Shown here piece after piece: positions 1 through 8,821 of a stretch of DNA of 64,000 bases (its first letter is position 1; the number at the start of each line of letters is the position of its first letter). The notes under the pieces were generated by a model. That model did not search any database, was not told the origin of the DNA, and was given only the letters and a program-made list of their open reading frames with translations. The position numbers and the translations under genes were made by a program. Source of the stretch: Candidatus Krumholzibacteriia bacterium (GTDB lineage Bacteria > Krumholzibacteriota > Krumholzibacteriia > G020349025); contig DASRJW010000049.1 in the NCBI GenBank assembly GCA_035649275.1, positions 3,018-67,017 on the forward strand. Direction: 5' to 3'.

Positions 1-65
1 GGCGCGAGCGCCGGGAACTCCGGTCCGAGTCCCAGCCCCTTCGCGCTGCGGAAGAGGTGGATGCC

Positions 66-2606
66 ATGAGGCGCGCTGTCTGGCTCCTCGCCCTCGTCCT
101 GGCGGCAGGGTGCGGCGACAACGAGCTCGGGGTGGAGAAGGTCCGCCCCAACCAGCCGCCGGAGACAAAGCTCTCCAGCGGCCCACCGGATTCCACCGCT
201 GCCGCCCTCTACCGGGTGCAGCTCTACTGGTCGGGGACTGATCGAGACGGGACGGTGAGCCACTACGACTTCATCCTGGTGGACCACCCGCCCATCCGCA
301 CCCACATGGAGGGCGACCCGGGGGACAACGATCCCACCCGCGTGGTGATCACCGTGCCGAGCCCGGATGACCCGCGCTGGGTGGGCACCACGGCCACGGA
401 CTCCCTTTTCGTCAGCTTGGCCGATTCGCTGCTGCGGGACCCGCAGCCCGGGCCGGGGGAGAACGTAGGCGACGTTCGCGACACGCCGTTCGAGCGCTGG
501 CACACCTTCTTCGTCCGCGCCGTCGACAACGAGGGCGCGGTCGACCCGACGCCGGACTACCGCTCCTTCAATTCGACCAACATCGCTCCCACGGTGTTCA
601 TCAAGCCCCCCGTCGCCGCGGGTGGTGTGTTCACCGCACCGCCGGTGGTCGTCTTCAACTGGGACGGTGAGGATCCAGTGGACGAGGCCTCCTCCATCGA
701 ACCGGTGGCGTCGCGGTACGTCCTCATCTCCTCGACCATCGACATCAACCGTCCCGGGGACACCTACACGAGCTTCCCGGATTCCCTCTACGACCTGCCG
801 GCGCGCTATTCCTGGAGCGAGTGGAAGCGCTGGGATGCTGACGACCGGTCGGGGAAGCGGACCGTGGTTTCCGGACTGTTGGAGGCGCAAGGAACCACCC
901 AGGGCTACTACATCTTCGCGGTGCAGGCCATGGACGAGGGCGGGGCGATCACCCCGGTGTTCGACTACCAGACGAAGAACAAGAACAACGTGGCTCTGGT
1001 CACGGTGAGCGGCGCCGTCGGTCCCGTGCTCACGGTGCGCGAGGTCTTCCTGGGCACCTCGACCTTCGTGGGCGGCTCCCGGCCCGTCCCCATCGACATC
1101 GCCGCGGGACAGCCGATCAACTTCCGCTGGAGCGCCGACGCCTCGAAGTACGGCGGCGAGATCGTCGCCTACCGCTACGGCTGGGACATCCGCGACCCCG
1201 ACAACGACCAGGAATGGTCCAGCTGGGCCCTGAGCAACACCCGCGCGCCGACGCGAGCCTTCAGCACCGGCTCGCACCGGTTCTTCGTGGAGGTGCGCGA
1301 CAACGCCGAATCCATTACCCGGGCGATCTATGAGATCACGGTGCACGCGGTGACGCGCGCCCGCGACCTGCTCTGGGTGGACGATACGGACTACCAGACC
1401 GATACCCCGAGAGAAGCCGGGGAGGACGCCCGCTGGCTGCAGGTCCTGAGTCAGGTCGCCGGGGCGAACAACATCATCTTCGATAACCAGTTGGACGTTT
1501 ACGACGTCCTTGAGAATCGCAAGGAGCCGCCACCCATCCAGAAGGTGTTCGACTACAAGGCCATCGTCTGGAGCACGATCAGCGGCCGGGACGGCAGCTC
1601 GGGGCTGCGGCGGGCGGCGCAGTTCTTCGATCCCATCCCGTCGCGCAACCAGGCCTCCTCCAAGGCCTTCAACTTCATGAACATCTACCTGGCCAACAGC
1701 GGCGCACTGTGGATCAACGGCTTCCGCCCGGCGCGGCAGCTGTGGCCCGACGAACGCGAGGTCGGCCACGAGACCGATCCCGTCAACGTGACCGACTGGG
1801 ACGATCCGCGCGAGCCGCACCCGCCGGGGATCGACTCGGTCGGCGTCAACAGCCTGCTCTACAAGATGGGGATCGAGATGTTCGACGTGGGCTCGTCCAC
1901 CGAGAACAAGCGCAATACGCGGCCGTTCTGGTGCTATGGCTTGCAGGTGTGTGACGTCGCCGGCGTCGCCGCGCAAACGACCACCTCGGACGTGCAGGCC
2001 GGGCACTCCCATAGCGTGACCATCGAGAGAGCGGACGTGGAGCGCATTCCCTCGGTCAGCACGACCTACCAGACCTCCGAAAGCGCGCCGAACCTCAACG
2101 ACCGGCACTCACTGACCCTGTCTCCCGATGATTTCGCGGCGCTGCGGGCGGGCGCCACCATCCAGGTGCAAACCGACGAGAATCCCAACCCGGTGCCGCA
2201 CCGGCACACCTTCCGGCTCGTGGACCAGCTCGGGGCCTGGGGAGCGCCGACGCTGGCGCTCTCCTCCGCCTGGGGCCAGGGGGGAACCGCAGGACGGACG
2301 AACATCGAGATCTACAACATGCCGAACGCGATGCGGAACGAGAGTCCGCCGGTCAACCCCTTGCCCGGGATCTCGCTACCCCTCTACTGCTACGTGGCCC
2401 AGCTGCGTGAGGGTGGCACGGTCTTTTATCCCGACACTTCGGACAACCAACCGGCTTTCATCCTGGCGCGGGGGTCGCTGGTGGAGACGCACTTCAGCCG
2501 CGCCTACTGTGGCTTCGATCCGCCGTTGCTCGAGCTGTCGTCCCACGAACGACTGGTCCATTTCGTCCTGGTCCGGCACTTCCGACTCGGCACGAGTCTG
2601 CCCTGA
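66..2606 (+). CDS. Secreted lipoprotein with three tandem Ig-like (Y_Y_Y-like) beta-sandwich repeats and a C-terminal region of unknown function
   Basis: ORF 57..2606. The in-frame ATG at 66 follows GGAAGAGG and gives MRRAVWLLALVLAAGC, a lipobox signal peptide. A motif recurs three times: W.G.D.DG...Y.Y... then (F/Y)FV.A.D..G (WHTFFVRAVDNEG, GYYIFAVQAMDEGG, HRFFVEVRDNAES). No catalytic motif recognised. Confidence 0.6.
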   Translation: MRRAVWLLALVLAAGCGDNELGVEKVRPNQPPETKLSSGPPDSTAAALYRVQLYWSGTDRDGTVSHYDFILVDHPPIRTHMEGDPGDNDPTRVVITVPSPDDPRWVGTTATDSLFVSLADSLLRDPQPGPGENVGDVRDTPFERWHTFFVRAVDNEGAVDPTPDYRSFNSTNIAPTVFIKPPVAAGGVFTAPPVVVFNWDGEDPVDEASSIEPVASRYVLISSTIDINRPGDTYTSFPDSLYDLPARYSWSEWKRWDADDRSGKRTVVSGLLEAQGTTQGYYIFAVQAMDEGGAITPVFDYQTKNKNNVALVTVSGAVGPVLTVREVFLGTSTFVGGSRPVPIDIAAGQPINFRWSADASKYGGEIVAYRYGWDIRDPDNDQEWSSWALSNTRAPTRAFSTGSHRFFVEVRDNAESITRAIYEITVHAVTRARDLLWVDDTDYQTDTPREAGEDARWLQVLSQVAGANNIIFDNQLDVYDVLENRKEPPPIQKVFDYKAIVWSTISGRDGSSGLRRAAQFFDPIPSRNQASSKAFNFMNIYLANSGALWINGFRPARQLWPDEREVGHETDPVNVTDWDDPREPHPPGIDSVGVNSLLYKMGIEMFDVGSSTENKRNTRPFWCYGLQVCDVAGVAAQTTTSDVQAGHSHSVTIERADVERIPSVSTTYQTSESAPNLNDRHSLTLSPDDFAALRAGATIQVQTDENPNPVPHRHTFRLVDQLGAWGAPTLALSSAWGQGGTAGRTNIEIYNMPNAMRNESPPVNPLPGISLPLYCYVAQLREGGTVFYPDTSDNQPAFILARGSLVETHFSRAYCGFDPPLLELSSHERLVHFVLVRHFRLGTSLP

Positions 2607-2651
2607 GCCGGAGGGGGTCAGGGTCTTGGGCCCTGTCCGCCAACGTCCCGA

Positions 2652-2681
2652 GCGGGAGGCGGCGACGTCGCCGCCTCCCGC
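2652..2681 (+). terminator. Perfect 30-nt GC-rich palindrome (15-bp arms) between the two surface-protein genes; possible intrinsic terminator or attenuator
   Basis: GCGGGAGGCGGCGAC/GTCGCCGCCTCCCGC read directly from the sequence. It lies 46 nt after the stop at 2606. No U-tract follows (CTGTGTG). Confidence 0.4.
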
Positions 2682-2696
2682 CTGTGTGAGGTGTCC

Positions 2697-3968
2697 ATGC
2701 CCTTCCTCGCCCGGATCCGGTGCCTATCCGGTCTCTGCTTGCTGATGCTGTTGCCCTGCGGCGTCGTGGCGCAGAGCACCTATTGCCGTGACCCGCAGTT
2801 CCCGCACCGGCTGACCATGTGCTCCCCCGTGGCATCGCAGCTCGCCACCCGGGTGGTGACCGAGGGGCTCGAGCTCTCCTTCGATGCCCCACCGCGGGAA
2901 ACCACGAGCCTGCGCACGCCGTTGCAGGCGGCAGCCTGTGACACCGCGGTCGGGGGGAGCGGCTGCCCTTGGGGAGTTCCGGAAGGGGGGCTGATCCCGA
3001 CGGATCAGATCGAGGTGACCGGCACCTTTCTCGGCTTCTTCGATCAGCGCATCGAGATCGCGATCTTGCAGATCGGCGCGAATGCAGATTCGGGCACCGT
3101 GGGCAGCGATGTGATCCGGGTGGCATGGTCCAGCAAGTTCCTCCCCTTCCCCTCCGACTGGCGCGCCGAATTCACACTCGATGCCTCGAACGCCGACCTC
3201 AAGCTGCCCTTCGTCTTCTACCGCACGCCGAGCTCGCCCCCGGACACCATCGTCGTCCCTGGGGTGCGGATCACCTTCAAGAGCGGGGCACGGGTGCGCC
3301 GGGGTTGGAGCGCCGTCTTCGACGTCGAGGACTTCGAGGGCTTCCACATTTGGCGCTGGGCATCGGACCCGAACGTGGAGCCCCGCGTCGTCGGCACCTA
3401 CAGCAAGCTCAGGGACAGGCAGCGCCCCGACAATTCCTGGCCCGACGTCGAGCCGCTGGCGCGCCGCTTCACCTTCCTGGACCATTTCGTCATCGACGGC
3501 AATGTCTACCACTATGCCGTGACCACCTACGACCAAGGCTTCGACACCGTGCGTGGCGGTTCGCTCGGGGCCATCCCCTTCGACAGCCCCCTGCCCGACG
3601 AGGGCTGCCCCTGCCAGCTGCGGGTGGACTTCCTGCGCCCGCCGCCAGCGGAATTCCAGCCGGTGCAAGCGGTGCCCAATCCGTACCGCCAGGTGGATTG
3701 CGATCAGCTGGACCCGCAGTCGACCTGCACGGTGCGTTTCATCCGCATGCCCCCGCGGGGCACGCTCCTCATCTTCACCCTGGCCGGGGATCTGGTGCGG
3801 GAGTTCCACCACCCTGCCGACGCCAGCGCCGGCGATCCTCCGGGCACGCTGCGCTGGGACACGGCGAACGGCGCCGGCCGGGAAGTGGCCTCGGGGGTCT
3901 ACATCTACAAGATCGTCGACCTGGACTCGGGTCTCGAGTCCTTCGGGCGCGTCGCCATCATTCGCTAG
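2697..3968 (+). CDS. Secreted protein with an FN3-like domain and a FlgD-Ig / T9SS-type C-terminal sorting-like domain
   Basis: ORF 2691..3968. ATG at 2697 gives the signal peptide MPFLARIRCLSGLCLLMLLPCGVVAQ. FN3-like motif FEGFHIWRW...VYHYAVTTYDQG. C-terminus VPNPYRQ...TLLIFTLAGDLVREF...LRWDTANGAGREVASGVYIYKIV matches the FlgD-Ig/T9SS CTD pattern. Confidence 0.6.
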   Translation: MPFLARIRCLSGLCLLMLLPCGVVAQSTYCRDPQFPHRLTMCSPVASQLATRVVTEGLELSFDAPPRETTSLRTPLQAAACDTAVGGSGCPWGVPEGGLIPTDQIEVTGTFLGFFDQRIEIAILQIGANADSGTVGSDVIRVAWSSKFLPFPSDWRAEFTLDASNADLKLPFVFYRTPSSPPDTIVVPGVRITFKSGARVRRGWSAVFDVEDFEGFHIWRWASDPNVEPRVVGTYSKLRDRQRPDNSWPDVEPLARRFTFLDHFVIDGNVYHYAVTTYDQGFDTVRGGSLGAIPFDSPLPDEGCPCQLRVDFLRPPPAEFQPVQAVPNPYRQVDCDQLDPQSTCTVRFIRMPPRGTLLIFTLAGDLVREFHHPADASAGDPPGTLRWDTANGAGREVASGVYIYKIVDLDSGLESFGRVAIIR

Positions 3969-4090
3969 AGAGCATGGCCCAGGAGCGTGGCGGACCGCGG
4001 CGAAGCGCCTTGCCCCGTGGCCTGCGGCGGGAGACGGGGAGTACCATGGGTGGAGGGTGGCGCAGCGACTGCGCCCGGGGGTGAGGTGGC

Positions 4091-4765
4091 GTGCAGCGAT
4101 ACTTCCTCGCCGTGGCCGGCAACATCGGCGTCGGCAAGACCCACTTGACCCGTGTCCTCGGCGAGCGCCTGGGTTGGGAAGTCTTTTTCGAGCCCGTGGT
4201 GGACAACCCGTACCTGGACGACTTCTACGCTTGCATGCCGCGCTGGAGTTTCCATCTGCAGATCTTTTTCCTCTCCAAGCGCTTCGAGATGCATCGGAAG
4301 ATGATGGACAACATGCTCTCTTGCATCCAGGACCGCACCATCTACGAGGACGCCGAGATCTTCGCCCGCACCTTGCACGACACGGGGGCGATGGATGTCC
4401 GGGATTTCGACAACTACATGGCTCTCTTCCGCTGCATGACCTCGTATCTGCAGGCACCGAACGCGATCATCTACTTGCGCGCCGACGTGGACACGCTGTT
4501 GCAGCGCATCCAAAGTCGCGGCCGGGAATGCGAGCAGGGCATCGAGCGCGCCTACCTGGAGCGCCTCAACGCGGCGTACGACGACTGGGCGGCGCGCAGC
4601 GCCCCAGAGCTGCGCTTCCTGGTCGTCGAGACCGCCGGGCTCGAGCGCGTCGAGGAGCACCCCGCCATCGTCAAGCTGGTGGCCGAGATCGAAGCGGGGG
4701 TGGGCCCCGAAGACCTCGGCCGGCGCCCGCCGGGGCGCGGCCGCCGTTCCGGAGGCGGTCGTTGA
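4091..4765 (+). CDS. Deoxynucleoside kinase (dAK/dGK/dCK family)
   Basis: P-loop AGNIGVGKTHL near the N-terminus, FFEPV..NPYL..FY, DRTIYED and LRA motifs typical of the dNK family. GTG start preceded by GGTGAGGTGG. Confidence 0.8.
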   Translation: MQRYFLAVAGNIGVGKTHLTRVLGERLGWEVFFEPVVDNPYLDDFYACMPRWSFHLQIFFLSKRFEMHRKMMDNMLSCIQDRTIYEDAEIFARTLHDTGAMDVRDFDNYMALFRCMTSYLQAPNAIIYLRADVDTLLQRIQSRGRECEQGIERAYLERLNAAYDDWAARSAPELRFLVVETAGLERVEEHPAIVKLVAEIEAGVGPEDLGRRPPGRGRRSGGGR

Positions 4766-6060
4766 TCCCCCGGGCCGCTGCCTGTTGCCTCGTGGCCGCC
4801 CTGGCCGGCGCCGCCGCCGCCCCGGCCCGCGGGCAAAGCAGTACTCCCGGCGGCTTGCGCGGTTTGCTCGAGGTGCGCTCCGCCGATATCCAGGGCCGCG
4901 GCGTGGTGGCCCTCGGCGTCTTTCCCCGCATGCATTGGCTCGAGGACGCGGCAGGGAACGACCATGTCTTCCTCCTCACCGATTTCCATCTCGCCTACGG
5001 CTTGTCACCGTATCTCGAAGCGTCGGTCTCCGTTCCCTTGCGCTCCTGGTGGGTGAACCAAACGGCGGGCAGCAGCATCGAACCCGCCAGCCTCGTCGGC
5101 TTCGGCGATCTGCTCACGAGCGCCAAGCTGCAGCTGCCGCTGCCTTGGAAGACCGTGCGTCTCGGCGGCTTCGGAGTGGTGAGCGCTGCCACCGGCAGCA
5201 GTTCCCGCGGCATGAGCAGCGAGAGCACCGACATCGAAGCCGGCGGCCTGCTGACCGTGGACCTGACCCACATGCAGCGTTTTTTGCCCACCCGCCTGCA
5301 CCTGAACGGCAGCTATCGCTGGAACCGGAACGAGGTGCGCGGCGTCGGCATGGCGCCGCTCGATTCCCTGCGCCAAGGGGGGTTCTGGCCCCCGGCCTAC
5401 CCGCCCCTTCCTGCCGGTGCGAGTCCGACGGAGAACGACGCCTTGCTCCTCCGCGTCGGGCTCGAGTTCGTCACCAGCGCCCTCGACGTGTTCACCGAGT
5501 TCTCCATGGATCTCCTCCCCCATCAGGACGGCGTGGACTTCGCCGACAACGTTCTCTTCCTCACCCAGGGAGCGACGGTGAAGTTCAAGCGCGGTATCGA
5601 CCTCAAGCTCGCCGCCTCGGTCTCGCTGCAGGCGGATGCGCCGCCGCCGTCGGTCACCGACAGTCCGGACTGGCGCTTCGCCCTCGGTCTCGTCTGGCAC
5701 GGCGGGCTCGGCCGCCACGACGACGATGGCGACGGCATCCCCAACAGCAAGGATGCCTGCCCGAAGGAGGCCGAGGACTTCGACGGCTTCGCCGATCAGG
5801 ACGGTTGCCCGGACTTGGACAACGATCAGGATGGCGTCCCGGACGTCAAAGACCTGGCCCCCGATCTCCCCGAGGACGTCGATGGTTTCGAGGACAGCGA
5901 CGGGCGGCCGGATCGGGACAACGACGGCGACGGCATCAGCGACGACAAGGACGCCTGCCCGAACGAGGCGGAGGATTTCGACGGCGATCGCGACCTGGAC
6001 GGCTGTCCCGATCAGGAGCGGAGCGCTCCCGAGGGCTCAAGCACCCCCGGTCGTCCCTGA
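4762..6060 (+). CDS. Outer-membrane beta-barrel-like protein with C-terminal thrombospondin type-3 (Ca-binding) repeats; no OmpA peptidoglycan-binding domain
   Basis: 3' part of ORF 3553..6060. The TTG at 4762 overlaps the dNK stop (TTGA) and gives the signal peptide IPRAAACCLVAALAGAAAAPARGQ. The central region has alternating beta-strand-like segments. Repeats of the form D.DGDGIP..KD.CP.EAEDFDGF.D.DGCPD are present. Confidence 0.65.
   Translation: MIPRAAACCLVAALAGAAAAPARGQSSTPGGLRGLLEVRSADIQGRGVVALGVFPRMHWLEDAAGNDHVFLLTDFHLAYGLSPYLEASVSVPLRSWWVNQTAGSSIEPASLVGFGDLLTSAKLQLPLPWKTVRLGGFGVVSAATGSSSRGMSSESTDIEAGGLLTVDLTHMQRFLPTRLHLNGSYRWNRNEVRGVGMAPLDSLRQGGFWPPAYPPLPAGASPTENDALLLRVGLEFVTSALDVFTEFSMDLLPHQDGVDFADNVLFLTQGATVKFKRGIDLKLAASVSLQADAPPPSVTDSPDWRFALGLVWHGGLGRHDDDGDGIPNSKDACPKEAEDFDGFADQDGCPDLDNDQDGVPDVKDLAPDLPEDVDGFEDSDGRPDRDNDGDGISDDKDACPNEAEDFDGDRDLDGCPDQERSAPEGSSTPGRP
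5719..6012 (+). repeat. Three tandem TSP3-like aspartate-rich repeat units inside the outer-membrane protein gene
   Basis: DDDGDGIPNSKDACPKEAEDFDGFADQDGCPD / LDNDQDGVPDVKDLAPDLPEDVDGFEDSDGRPD / RDNDGDGISDDKDACPNEAEDFDGDRDLDGCPD. Confidence 0.75.
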
Positions 6061-6876
6061 CGGCCCGGTTTCGTGCCGCTTCGCTTCCTCCCAGAGCCCG
6101 TCCATCTCGGGGAGAGTGGCTTCCTCCAGGCTGCGGCCCTGGGCGCGCAGCGCCTCTTCGACCCGGCCGAAGCGCTGCACGAACTTGCTCACCGTGGAGT
6201 GCAAGGCGGCCTCGGGATCGACGCCCAGGAAACGTCCCAGGTTGACGACGGAGAAGAGGATGTCGCCGAGCTCGTCGGTGATGCGCGACTTCTCGCCGCT
6301 CTGCACCACCTCCTGCAGTTCCGCCGTCTCCTCCACGATCTTCTGTCGCACTTGCTCGGCGGTGTCCCACTCGAAGCCCACCGCGGCGACGCGGCGCTGC
6401 ACCGTGAGAGCGCGGCGGAGCGGCGGCAAGGAGCGGGGCAGCGTGTCCAGGAGGAGCGGCGCCGCCTCGCCTCGCGCCCGGGCTTCGGCGTCCTTGATGT
6501 CCCGCCAGTGCCGGGCGCCTTCCTCGGCGCTCTGCGCCTGCAGCGCCCCGAAGACGTGCGGATGGCGGCGGATGATCTTCTCCCGCGTGCGGCGGGCGAT
6601 CTCGCCGACCTCCGGACCGCCGCGTTCCTGCAGCATGAGCGCCACGGAGAGCAGGAGGAAGAGCACGTCACCCAGCTCCTCGGCGCAGGCGTCGTCCTGC
6701 GCCGCGTGCGCCGCATCTTGCAGCTCGTAGGCCTCGTCGATCAGGTAGGTGCACATCGCTTCCAGGCTCTGGGCTCGATCCCAGGGGCAGCCGTGCTCGC
6801 TGCGCAGGAAGCGGAGCGTTTCCAAGAGCTGGTCCAGCGTTTCGATCGAACCCACCCCTTCCGGTTTCGGTGCCAC
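6037..6876 (-). CDS. mazG: Nucleoside triphosphate pyrophosphohydrolase MazG
   Basis: LRSEHGCPWDRAQ, LIDEAYEL, EELGDVLF and a second EE.ELGD repeat, consistent with a tandem MazG domain architecture. 279 aa. Confidence 0.85.
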   Translation of the reverse strand: MAPKPEGVGSIETLDQLLETLRFLRSEHGCPWDRAQSLEAMCTYLIDEAYELQDAAHAAQDDACAEELGDVLFLLLSVALMLQERGGPEVGEIARRTREKIIRRHPHVFGALQAQSAEEGARHWRDIKDAEARARGEAAPLLLDTLPRSLPPLRRALTVQRRVAAVGFEWDTAEQVRQKIVEETAELQEVVQSGEKSRITDELGDILFSVVNLGRFLGVDPEAALHSTVSKFVQRFGRVEEALRAQGRSLEEATLPEMDGLWEEAKRHETGPSGTTGGA

Positions 6877-7021
6877 GACGGGTGCATGCTAGCCTACCCG
6901 CTTGGCTTCCTGCAGTCGCTGTAGAGTACGATGTCTCAAGGGGTTCGGGCACTCTGGGGGAGCCGTGTCCGGAAGCGTTCGGAAGCAGGGAAGCCCGCCC
7001 GCGACCGCGCCTCGCGGCGCC

Positions 7022-8629
7022 GTGGATGTTCTCGTCTTCCCCGCCCTCGCGGCGCTCGTCGCGGCGGCGTCCCGCGTTCCCATCCTCACCCCTGATGTCT
7101 GGTGGCATCTCGCCACGGGTCGATTCATCGCGGCCCACGGGATCCCGCACACGGACCCGTTCTCCTACACCCTCGCCGGCCAGCGCTGGACGGCGCACGA
7201 ATGGCTCGCCGACTTGGGTTTGCATGGCGTCCACGCCAACGCCGGACTGCTGGGTGTCGTGCTGGCTCGCGGACTCTTGGTGGGAGCGGCCTTCGCCGGC
7301 GCCTACGCCATCGCCCGCTTGCAGGCGGGGCCGATGCTCGCCCTCGGACTCCTCGTTCCCGCCGCCTTCGCTTCCCAGCGCAACTGGCTCGACCGGCCGC
7401 AGCTCGCCAGCTATCTCCTCGTCACGCTCGTCCTCTGGCTCCTGGAGCGGCAGCGCCGGCGGCCGGGGCCGAGCGCGCTCTTCTTGCCTCTCCTCTTCGC
7501 CCTCTGGGTGAATCTCCATGGCGGCTTCATGCTCGGTCTCGGCATGGTGCTGCTCTGGGCGGCGGGCGCCACGGGGGTGTGGATGCGGACGCGCTCGGCG
7601 GCGTCGGCGCTGGCGGCGCGGCGCTTCACTCTCCTCGCCGGTGCCTGCGCTCTGGCGACGCGGGTGAATCCCAACGGTCTCGAGGGGGCGCTCTACCCGC
7701 TGCATTACGTCCGCGCGGGACTCGCACTCACGGTGCAGGAGGAGCGCCCTGGGCAGCTGGACAGCGCTTACGCCTGGGTGCATCTCGGCCTGGTCCTCTG
7801 CCTCTGGGCTTTCCTCCTGCTGCGCCGGCGCAGCGCCTTCGCACCGGCAGTCCTGGCGCTCGTGCTCGGCTGGATCTCCATGCCGCGGCTCGGGGGAGTG
7901 GCGCTGCCGTTCGCCGCCGAGCGCCATGCGCCGCTCTTCCTGCTTCTGGGAACGCCGCTTCTCGCCTGGCAGCTCGCTTCGCTCCGCCGCGTCCAGGCGC
8001 TGGAGGAATTCTGTCGCCGGCGCACCGCTTCACGCCGCTCGCGGCTCGTCGTCGCTGTGAGCGCCGCCCTGGCGCTGGCGGCGCTCGTCCCGGCCTTCCC
8101 GCGCGATGGCAGCCCGGAGGCACGGCTCCTTCCCGGCCGCTACCCGGTGGCGGCAGCGCAGTGGCTCGCGGCGCAGCGTCTGCCCGGTCACCTGGTCAAC
8201 CCCTACCGCTGGGGCGGCTATCTCGCCTTCACGCTCTATCCGCAGACCCAGGTGTGGATCGACTCGCGCGGCGATCTCTACGGCGCCGCGCGCCTGCAGG
8301 AGTACGATCTCTTGCACTACGCCCCGCGCGGTAGCGACAACGCGGTCCGCGCTCTCCTGGATCGCTACGATGCCAACGTGGTGATCTGGCAGCTCCTCAC
8401 CTTGGACTTCGGCCCCCTGCAAGTGCATCCCTTGACCGAGTTCCTCCTGCGTTCCGGCGAGTGGCGTCTGGTGTTCTACGACGGCCCCGATCCAAGCCAC
8501 CCCGAAAGGCCCTCGGCGGTGTCGGCGGTGTTCCTGCGCGAGCACCCGCGCAACGCCGCGGTGCTGGCGCGGCATCCGCCGCTGCGCTTGCCGCGCTTGC
8601 CCCGCGCCCCCGGCCGCAGCACGCCTTGA
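7022..8629 (+). CDS. Large polytopic membrane protein, GT-C-like; function unknown
   Basis: ORF 6902..8629. About 10 or more hydrophobic segments followed by a soluble C-terminal domain. The start is uncertain: GTG at 7022 gives VDVLVFPALAALV, and the ORF-track start at 6902 is an alternative. Confidence 0.5.
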   Translation: MDVLVFPALAALVAAASRVPILTPDVWWHLATGRFIAAHGIPHTDPFSYTLAGQRWTAHEWLADLGLHGVHANAGLLGVVLARGLLVGAAFAGAYAIARLQAGPMLALGLLVPAAFASQRNWLDRPQLASYLLVTLVLWLLERQRRRPGPSALFLPLLFALWVNLHGGFMLGLGMVLLWAAGATGVWMRTRSAASALAARRFTLLAGACALATRVNPNGLEGALYPLHYVRAGLALTVQEERPGQLDSAYAWVHLGLVLCLWAFLLLRRRSAFAPAVLALVLGWISMPRLGGVALPFAAERHAPLFLLLGTPLLAWQLASLRRVQALEEFCRRRTASRRSRLVVAVSAALALAALVPAFPRDGSPEARLLPGRYPVAAAQWLAAQRLPGHLVNPYRWGGYLAFTLYPQTQVWIDSRGDLYGAARLQEYDLLHYAPRGSDNAVRALLDRYDANVVIWQLLTLDFGPLQVHPLTEFLLRSGEWRLVFYDGPDPSHPERPSAVSAVFLREHPRNAAVLARHPPLRLPRLPRAPGRSTP

Positions 8630-8724
8630 GCGGGGAGCCCGCTCCGGTTCGTGTGTCGGCCTTCAACCGCTCCATGGGCGAGCACGGTCGGGCGCGCCCC
8701 GCGCCACTGCGACAGAAGCGCGCG

Positions 8725-8753
8725 TTGACAGTGTCGATCGCGCTTCCTATGCT
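8725..8753 (+). promoter_or_regulatory. Sigma-70-type promoter upstream of uvrA
   Basis: TTGACA (8725-8730), 17-nt spacer, TATGCT (8748-8753). About 70 nt upstream of the uvrA start. Confidence 0.55.
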
Positions 8754-8821
8754 TCCCTGTTCGGCGCCTCTGGCGTCACCCGTCCTGTGGGCTCTGCTTT
8801 CCTTCTCGAGGAGCGCTGACC

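Noticed and set aside
3553-6060. 835-aa + strand ORF treated as a single gene
   Set aside because: Its first ~400 codons are out-of-frame overlaps of the FN3/CTD gene and the deoxynucleoside kinase. A signal peptide starts at the TTG at 4762, which I take as the true start of the outer-membrane protein.
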